From the NCBI GenBank assembly GCA_019057475.1, contig DXJO01000006.1:1-64000 (forward strand): a stretch of DNA of 64,000 nucleotides, written 5' to 3'. This stretch comes from Candidatus Thorarchaeota archaeon. Lineage in GTDB: Archaea > Asgardarchaeota > Thorarchaeia > Thorarchaeales > Thorarchaeaceae. Positions 57,728 to 64,000 of the stretch are shown here, one piece after another. The position numbers and the translations under genes were made by a program. Each line of letters starts with the position of its first letter. Position 1 is the stretch's first letter. The notes beneath the pieces were generated by a model. The model worked only from the letters and a program-made list of their open reading frames with translations, did no database searches and was not told the origin of the DNA.

Positions 57728-60472
57728 ATGACGATTGACCACACATCGAAGAAAAGTACATCCAAACTGGACGTTGTATCTAGCGAAGCCCTGGTTATTG
57801 GGGGTGGCGTAGCTGGCATGCAGGCGGCTCTGGATATGGCTAACCAGGGTTTCAAGGTTCATCTGCTAGAGAAGACTCCTTCTCTCGGCGGAAAAATGGC
57901 GATGATAGACAAGACCTTCCCAACATTGGATTGCTCGGCATGTATTCTCACGCCGCGTCTCAGCGAGGTATCGCGTCATCCAAACATCGAACTACATACG
58001 TATTCTGACGTAATTAGCGTTGCTGGAAGAGTTGGCGATTTCAAAGTAAAGATACGCAAGCGGGCGCGATATGTGGATGAGGACAAGTGCTCGGCATGTG
58101 CGGACTGTGTCCCGGCTTGTCCAGTGGAGGTTCCTAATGAATTCGATCAGAGTCTTGGTTTCCGTAAGGCAATCTATCAACCGTTCCCACAGGCGACACC
58201 GAGCACCTACACCATTACCAAGCTTGGCACACCAGCATGCAGAGAAGCGTGTCCCGCAGACGTGAATCCTCAAGGCTTCATCTCCCTCATGAAGGAAGGG
58301 AGGTTTCATGATGCTCTTAGAATATTCAGGAAGTCCAATCCGTTCCCAGGTGTACTTGGCCGAGTGTGCATAGCCTTCTGCGAGGGCGAGTGTGTTCGAG
58401 GAGAGCTAGATGAGAGTGTAAGCATCAGGAATCTCCACAGGTTCTTGGCTGACTACGAGAGAAAACATGGACCTGATAGGCCAATTGAAGCGAAGATTGA
58501 CAAGGATGAAAGAATCGCCGTGGTCGGCGCAGGTCCCGCGGGTCTGGCATGTGGGTATCATCTTGTCAAGATGGGCTACCCCGTAACCGTATTCGAGGCT
58601 CAACCTGAAGCAGGAGGACTCCTCCGCTATGGCATTCCGGAATACAGACTTCCTCGTGACATACTGGCCGAAGAGATCGACTGGATTGCCAAGCATGGCG
58701 TAAAAATAAAGACAAGCTCTCCAGTCGAGTCAATCAAGAGCCTGAAAAAGGAGGGCTTCAAGGCGATATTCTTGGCTACAGGAGCCTCAAATAGTAACAA
58801 ACTTGGGATTGCAGGAGAGGAGGCAAAGGGCATCTACCATGCCAGTGATTTCTTGGAACGAGCCAACTCAGGGAAACCATATCCGTTGGGCGAAAAGGTT
58901 GCTGTGATTGGCGGTGGGGACGCGGCAATTGACTCCGCGAGAGTTGCCATTAGACTCGGTGCGAAGGAAGTCACGATAGTTTATCGCAGGTCACATGTCG
59001 AGTTGCCTGCCATCCCCAGCGAAGTCGAAGATGCACGAGAGGAAGGCCTTAATCTGCTACTACTGACTAATCCTATCGAAATCCTCACATCAAAGGATGA
59101 GCTGAGGGGCATCAGATGTATAAAGATGAAACTGGGTGAACCAGATCACTCGGGTCGTCGACGGCCCCAAGTCATTCGGGGTTCGGAATTCACGCTGATT
59201 GTAGACAACATGATTATTGCTGTGGGACAGAGCGTGACACCAAAGGGCCTACACGAGGAATGTGATTGTTCGGAATGGGGAACAATCAAAGTGAATCCCC
59301 TAACTCTGGAAACTAACATGGAAGGAGTCTTTGCTGGCGGTGACGTTGTTCTCGGTCCAGCCACCGCAGTTAAAGCCGTGGCCCATGGCAAGGAGGCTGC
59401 AATCTCAATAGATCGATTTCTGAGAAAGGTCAATGTTGAAGCGGATAGAATTGAAGAACGACACCGAGTGAGAGTTGAAGAGGTTGACATGGAAAAACCT
59501 ACTGAGCCTCGCGTAGACATGCCCAAACACGGTGTAGCGGGAAGAATTCAATCTTACACTGAGGTTGAACTTGGGTTTGAACAAGAATCTGCTACACAGG
59601 AGGCTGAACGATGCCTAGGCTGTGCAATCTGTTGCGAATGTGAGCTGTGTGTTGAAGCTTGCACGCGTGAAGCAATCGATCACAAGATGCAGGATGAGAT
59701 AATAGAGCTTCCAGTAGGTGCGATAGTATTGGCCGCAGGATACAGGCTTTACGATGTTAGTGATTACCCCAGGCTCGGATACGGAAAGTTCCCTAATGTC
59801 ATCCACGCGATGGAGTACGAGCGACTGATCAACGCATCAGGCCCAACCCACGGACATCTGATAAAGCTCAGTGACGGGAAGCTACCCAAGAGCATCGGTT
59901 TCATCCAATGTGTCGGTGCCCGAGATGTCAACCGCGGCGTTCCTGAGTGTTCACGAGTGTGTTGCATGTATGGTATCAAAAACGCAGTCATGGCAAAGGA
60001 ACATGACCCTGAGATTGACGTGACCATCTACTACGCTGACATCCGTGCCTTTGGCAAGGGCTTCGAGGAATTCTACAACATGGCTAAGGATCGATTTGGT
60101 ATCAAGTTCATTCGAGGCAGAGTTGGAGAGGTCATGGAGGACCGCGAAACAGGCAATCTCACTGTGAGAGTTGAGAACACCGATGAACATGCCATTCAGG
60201 ACATTGAACATGATCTTGTAGTAATCAGCCCCGGTATTCAACCCCCCTGGGGTCTTGATGTCATCGCCAGTGAGCTCGGACTAGAACTAGATGAGACAGG
60301 CTATGTGCCAGTGAAGGACGAGCTACTTGCGCCTGTGGACACTACTATTCCTGGTGTCTTTGCGTGTGGATGCGTCGATAGTCCCAAGGACATTCCAGAC
60401 TCGGTGACTGCGGGTAGCGCTGCCGCCATGAGGGCGACAATAATACTATCGCAGGCTGAGAAAAAGGAGTAA
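57728..60472 (+). CDS. hdrA: HdrA-like subunit (no terminal cluster domains) with GltD/NfnB-like insertion
   Basis: GGGVAG, TLDCSACIL, GRVCIAFCE, GAGPAG, GGGDAAID, YRRS, CSRVCC, PKDIPDSV. Confidence 0.92.
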   Translation: MTIDHTSKKSTSKLDVVSSEALVIGGGVAGMQAALDMANQGFKVHLLEKTPSLGGKMAMIDKTFPTLDCSACILTPRLSEVSRHPNIELHTYSDVISVAGRVGDFKVKIRKRARYVDEDKCSACADCVPACPVEVPNEFDQSLGFRKAIYQPFPQATPSTYTITKLGTPACREACPADVNPQGFISLMKEGRFHDALRIFRKSNPFPGVLGRVCIAFCEGECVRGELDESVSIRNLHRFLADYERKHGPDRPIEAKIDKDERIAVVGAGPAGLACGYHLVKMGYPVTVFEAQPEAGGLLRYGIPEYRLPRDILAEEIDWIAKHGVKIKTSSPVESIKSLKKEGFKAIFLATGASNSNKLGIAGEEAKGIYHASDFLERANSGKPYPLGEKVAVIGGGDAAIDSARVAIRLGAKEVTIVYRRSHVELPAIPSEVEDAREEGLNLLLLTNPIEILTSKDELRGIRCIKMKLGEPDHSGRRRPQVIRGSEFTLIVDNMIIAVGQSVTPKGLHEECDCSEWGTIKVNPLTLETNMEGVFAGGDVVLGPATAVKAVAHGKEAAISIDRFLRKVNVEADRIEERHRVRVEEVDMEKPTEPRVDMPKHGVAGRIQSYTEVELGFEQESATQEAERCLGCAICCECELCVEACTREAIDHKMQDEIIELPVGAIVLAAGYRLYDVSDYPRLGYGKFPNVIHAMEYERLINASGPTHGHLIKLSDGKLPKSIGFIQCVGARDVNRGVPECSRVCCMYGIKNAVMAKEHDPEIDVTIYYADIRAFGKGFEEFYNMAKDRFGIKFIRGRVGEVMEDRETGNLTVRVENTDEHAIQDIEHDLVVISPGIQPPWGLDVIASELGLELDETGYVPVKDELLAPVDTTIPGVFACGCVDSPKDIPDSVTAGSAAAMRATIILSQAEKKE

Positions 60473-60508
60473 TTCTGCTGGTGCATTATGAAGGACAGGT
60501 GATATGAG

Positions 60509-61009
60509 ATGAACAATGAAACACACACACCCTCCTCAGATTTCGCAAAAGAGATTGCCTTAATCCCGGGAGGGGAAGTCATCAACAAGTGTATCCAGTG
60601 TGGCATATGTACTGCCAGTTGTGTTGTGGCCTGTGTAGACGACCAATACCGGCCTCGGCGGCTGATTCAGAAGATTCTGATAGGCAAGAGAGATGAGGTG
60701 CTGAAGAGCGATCAACCTTGGCTATGCATGACGTGCAGAATGTGTGAAGAGCGATGCCAGGAGGGCGTAAGTCCCGCAGAGATATTCCACGCTGTACGAA
60801 TCCTCGCAGTCAAAGAGGGTCACATTCCCAAGGTGTTTCAGATTACTGTCGAAAAGGTACTCTGCGATGGTTGGATGTTAGCAGATGCATATACCGATTT
60901 CAACGAAGATGAGCGAGAGGATCTCGGCCTAAATCCTGCCCTCGCTTGGAATGACACTTTTACGAAGAAGGTGAAGAAGAAGTACCTCGCTGGGGAGGAG
61001 AGCGCATGA
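60509..61009 (+). CDS. hdrC: Heterodisulfide reductase subunit C, paralogue of 44375..44866
   Basis: CIQCGICTASC, WLCMTCRMCEERC. Confidence 0.92.
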   Translation: MNNETHTPSSDFAKEIALIPGGEVINKCIQCGICTASCVVACVDDQYRPRRLIQKILIGKRDEVLKSDQPWLCMTCRMCEERCQEGVSPAEIFHAVRILAVKEGHIPKVFQITVEKVLCDGWMLADAYTDFNEDEREDLGLNPALAWNDTFTKKVKKKYLAGEESA

Positions 61010-61884
61010 AAGAGATAATGCTGTACAGAGGGTGCACTACTCCTGTGAGGCTCCCGGCATACGAGGCAGCCACAATAGCTGTGCTGGGGAAGCTCGGAGT
61101 GAAGGTTGTTGAGATGGATGATGCAAACTGCTGCGGAGCCCAATATGTCGAGTCCGTAAGCAGAATGGCATTTGCAGCAATGAGCGGAAGAATCCTCGCA
61201 CTGGCTGAGAAAGAGAGCCAAGACATCTTGGCGTTGTGTGGCGCTTGTTCAGGTTCCCTGAAGATAAACAAGCATTTTCTGGACAACGACGAGAAGGCCC
61301 GTAAGGAGGTTAACGAACTCCTGTCAGAAGAGGGGTTGAAATATACCGGCAAGACTAGAGTTCGACACCTGCTCCAAGTCTTGAACGAGGATATCGGTTT
61401 CGAAGCAATTGAGAAAGCCATAAAGAAACCCTACAAAGGCTTGAAATTGGCCGCACATTATGGTTGTCACGTAACTCGGCCCTATGAGATTGTTCAAGTC
61501 GATGACCCTGAAAATCCCACAATCATTGACCGTCTTATTGAGATTGCGGGGGCAGAGGCTGTGGACTATGTGGGCAAGACCAGGTGCTGCGGTGGGCCTC
61601 TCCTGGCAATGGATGAGAGTCTTGCGACTCACATTGGCCAAGACAAGATAAGAGATGCCATCGCCGCCGGCGCACAAGGCATGGTCACCGCATGCGTGTT
61701 CTGTGATATCCAGTTGACACAAGTCCAGTTCGGTGAAGATACAGATTCGAGCAAGATGATTCCCGTCATTCCTATTGTGCAGTTTCTCGGTCCAGCCCTC
61801 GGCATCAAGGAGGATGTGCTGGGCATTGAGTTGAACAAGACCAGTCCCGATATCATCTTGTCAGCATTACAGGAGGCGAAATAA
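61006..61884 (+). CDS. hdrB: Heterodisulfide reductase subunit B, paralogue of 44866..45753
   Basis: YRGCTTPVRL, NCCG, CGAC, HYGCH, CCGG, CVFC. Confidence 0.92.
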   Translation: MKEIMLYRGCTTPVRLPAYEAATIAVLGKLGVKVVEMDDANCCGAQYVESVSRMAFAAMSGRILALAEKESQDILALCGACSGSLKINKHFLDNDEKARKEVNELLSEEGLKYTGKTRVRHLLQVLNEDIGFEAIEKAIKKPYKGLKLAAHYGCHVTRPYEIVQVDDPENPTIIDRLIEIAGAEAVDYVGKTRCCGGPLLAMDESLATHIGQDKIRDAIAAGAQGMVTACVFCDIQLTQVQFGEDTDSSKMIPVIPIVQFLGPALGIKEDVLGIELNKTSPDIILSALQEAK

Positions 61885-63629
61885 TGACTGAAGCAGAAAC
61901 ACCAAGGATTGGCGTTTTCATCTGTCACTGTGGTCACAATATCGCGGGAGTCGTGGATGTGGTAAGAGTCGCTAAGATGGCTGAGTCTCTGCCGCATGTC
62001 GTCTTCTCGACGGATGACATGTTCATGTGTGCTGATGCTGGTCAACAACTAATCAAGGACATGGTGGAGGAGCATAGTCTGAATCGCGTCGTAGTCGCTA
62101 GCTGCTCACCCAGAATGCACGAACCTACATTTCGTAGAGTCGTCGAAGAGGCTGGCCTCAATCGTTATCTCTTCGAGCAGACCAATCTTCGAGAGCATGT
62201 ATCTTGGTGTCACATGAGAGAGCCCGAAGCGGCCACTGAGAAGGCAATGGATCTGGTACGGATGTCTGTTGCGCGAGCGGCCAAGCTTGAGAATCTGCCA
62301 GTGAAGAGCGTTAAAGTCACCCCTCGCACTTTAGTCGTTGGCGGAGGAATCACTGGCCTTCGAGCTGCACTCGATATTGCTAACCGTGGTTTTGATGTCG
62401 TTCTGGTGGACAAGGAACCAAAACTCGGCGGACATGTTGCGAAGTGGACTCACATGTTTACAGGCGACAGGTCAGGATCTGAGGTTGTTGGCCCCTTGGT
62501 CAAAGAAGTGAAAGCGCACAGTCGTATTGAAATTCTGACGAATAGCAGTGTGATCGAGTTTGATGGCTACATTGGCAACTTCGAGGCCACCATAGAGAAC
62601 AGGAAGGACAAGGCTCGCAGTAAATTTGACATTGGCACGGTGATTGTGGCAATTGGTTTTGACGCCTTCAAGCCCCACGGATACTACGGCTACGGAGAGA
62701 GTCCAGATATAGTCACTCTGGCTGAGCTACAAGAGATGCCTCCGAGAGATCGTCTGCTTAAGCCTAGCGACGGAAAGCCTGCAAGCAAGATTGCATTTAT
62801 TGGATGTGTAGGATCGCGTGAGCCTGGCAAGAGGGGTCATGAACATTGTTCCAGGCATTGTTGTCCTGCCGTGGCTAAAGCTGCTTCTGATCTTAAAGAC
62901 AGGCTCGACGAAGTGCTAATCCTTTACAAAAGCATCCGAACGTATGGCAGAGGCCATGAAGAACTGCATCGATTGGCCCGGTCAAAACACGTCATCTACT
63001 CTCGGTTCCCGGACGGAGAAGACCCGGTTATCGAAGTAGTGGACGGAAAAGTCAAGATGAGATGGACTGATATTTACGCAGATGAGGAACTGCAATTTGA
63101 GCCCGACATCCTTGTCTTGGCGTCCGCGATGGTTGCCCGATCGGACATTGACGAAACCACGAAGCTCTTTGGTCTAACTAGGAGTAGAGACGGATTCTTT
63201 AATCCGGAGCATATCAAGCTCGCTCCGCTTACCACACACACTGCAGGCGTTATGATTGCAGGCGCTGCGCAGGCGCCAAAGAATGCGTCTGAGTCAGTTG
63301 TCGATGCCAGTGGCGCAGCAGCAAAGGCCGTCGGAATCATGGCGCGAGGCGAGGTTGAGATTGAATCAACTGTATCTCGTGTCATTTCGGAATTGTGTTC
63401 TTCATGTCACACTTGCGTTACAGCGTGTCCATACGGCGCAATTGAAATGGACGAGTCGAAGGACCCGCCCATCGCCTTCGTGACTGAAGCGAAATGTCAC
63501 GGTTGCGGCACATGTGCCGCAGCTTGTCCGAGCAGTGCTATCATAATGTTGCACTCGACTGACGACCAAATCATGACGATGGTGCAAGCTTACCTCTGCG
63601 CACCACCCGACACAATAGGAGGTACATAG
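61884..63629 (+). CDS. hdrA: HdrA-like subunit, paralogue of 52448..54196
   Basis: GVFICHCG, GGGITG, HCSRHCC, CSSCHTC, CHGCGTC. Confidence 0.9.
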   Translation: MTEAETPRIGVFICHCGHNIAGVVDVVRVAKMAESLPHVVFSTDDMFMCADAGQQLIKDMVEEHSLNRVVVASCSPRMHEPTFRRVVEEAGLNRYLFEQTNLREHVSWCHMREPEAATEKAMDLVRMSVARAAKLENLPVKSVKVTPRTLVVGGGITGLRAALDIANRGFDVVLVDKEPKLGGHVAKWTHMFTGDRSGSEVVGPLVKEVKAHSRIEILTNSSVIEFDGYIGNFEATIENRKDKARSKFDIGTVIVAIGFDAFKPHGYYGYGESPDIVTLAELQEMPPRDRLLKPSDGKPASKIAFIGCVGSREPGKRGHEHCSRHCCPAVAKAASDLKDRLDEVLILYKSIRTYGRGHEELHRLARSKHVIYSRFPDGEDPVIEVVDGKVKMRWTDIYADEELQFEPDILVLASAMVARSDIDETTKLFGLTRSRDGFFNPEHIKLAPLTTHTAGVMIAGAAQAPKNASESVVDASGAAAKAVGIMARGEVEIESTVSRVISELCSSCHTCVTACPYGAIEMDESKDPPIAFVTEAKCHGCGTCAAACPSSAIIMLHSTDDQIMTMVQAYLCAPPDTIGGT

Positions 63630-63631
63630 CA

Positions 63632-64000
63632 ATGACGACGAAAACAGCAGCCAAGATTGACAACACTGAGAGTTGGGAACCGAGAATCGTAGCGTTCTGC
63701 TGCAACTGGTGTTCCTATGCTGGAGCTGACCTAGCTGGCACTAGCAGAATCCAGTATCCCCCGAATGCCAGGATTCTACGAGTCAATTGTACCGGCCGGA
63801 TAAGTCTTGAGTTTATCTTGGCCGCTCTTGAGATGGGTGCAGACGGAGTTCTTGTGTCTGGATGCCACCCAGGTGACTGCCATTATACGAGCGGCAACCT
63901 TAAGCTCAGGGCGCGCTGGACTATCATGAAGAAGGCAATTGAGCAGGCCGGTGTTGACCCTCGCAGAGTCCGGCTCCAGTGGGCGAGTGCCTCTGAGGCA
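63632..64000 (+). CDS. mvhD: MvhD [2Fe-2S] subunit, truncated by the window end (not in ORF track)
   Basis: MTTKTAAKIDNTESWEPRIVAFCCNWCSYAGADLAGTSRIQYPPNARILRVNCTGR...GCHPGDCHY...LQWASASE. Confidence 0.94.
   Translation, partial: MTTKTAAKIDNTESWEPRIVAFCCNWCSYAGADLAGTSRIQYPPNARILRVNCTGRISLEFILAALEMGADGVLVSGCHPGDCHYTSGNLKLRARWTIMKKAIEQAGVDPRRVRLQWASASEA

Noticed and set aside
57692-57732. Third ATGA...TGAC SECIS-like candidate overlapping the hdrA start
   Set aside because: Stem needs bulges right next to the core, and it is about 400 nt from the Sec codon
44375-64000. Duplicated hdr genes as an assembly artefact
   Set aside because: Copies differ at many synonymous and non-synonymous sites and in gene order
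44375-64000. Inferring methanogenesis from hdr/mvh genes
   Set aside because: No mcr/mtr here, and Hdr-Mvh complexes are common in non-methanogens
1-64000. tRNA (including tRNA-Sec), rRNA and transposases
   Set aside because: No cloverleaf or T-arm signatures in intergenic regions and no transposase or integrase motifs seen by eye; tRNAscan-SE or Secmarker would be needed to exclude them

Overview
Gene-dense archaeal DNA, most consistent with an Asgard archaeon (probably Thorarchaeia). This rests on four longin-domain proteins, a Rab-like GTPase, candidate gelsolin-like and RING-like proteins, Ig-repeat surface proteins and selenocysteine recoding. The left 43 kb mixes metabolic genes (acyl-CoA ligase, two aldehyde:ferredoxin oxidoreductases, GDPD, esterase, RibA, FrhB-like, MFS, ChrB-like) with a putative signalling neighbourhood at about 14.6-24.3 kb. 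That neighbourhood holds NPRL2/GATOR1-like longin-winged-helix paralogues in line with a MinD/ParA ATPase, a PAS kinase lacking its phospho-His but carrying a thioredoxin-like tail, a membrane-HhH fusion and a longin-TackOD1 fusion. The right 20 kb is a partly duplicated hdrCBA/mvhD/vhuGA supercluster. The ORF track misses a 50-aa selenoprotein, VhuU (57229-57381, in-frame TGA in RCYDCULSCGAH), which supplies the missing C-terminal metal ligands of the hydrogenase large subunit. A eukaryote-like SECIS candidate follows it, with the AUGA core containing the gene's own stop codon. Several enzymes appear catalytically degenerate. No rRNA, tRNA, CRISPR array or transposase was recognised. All family assignments are from motif reading by eye; no searches were run.
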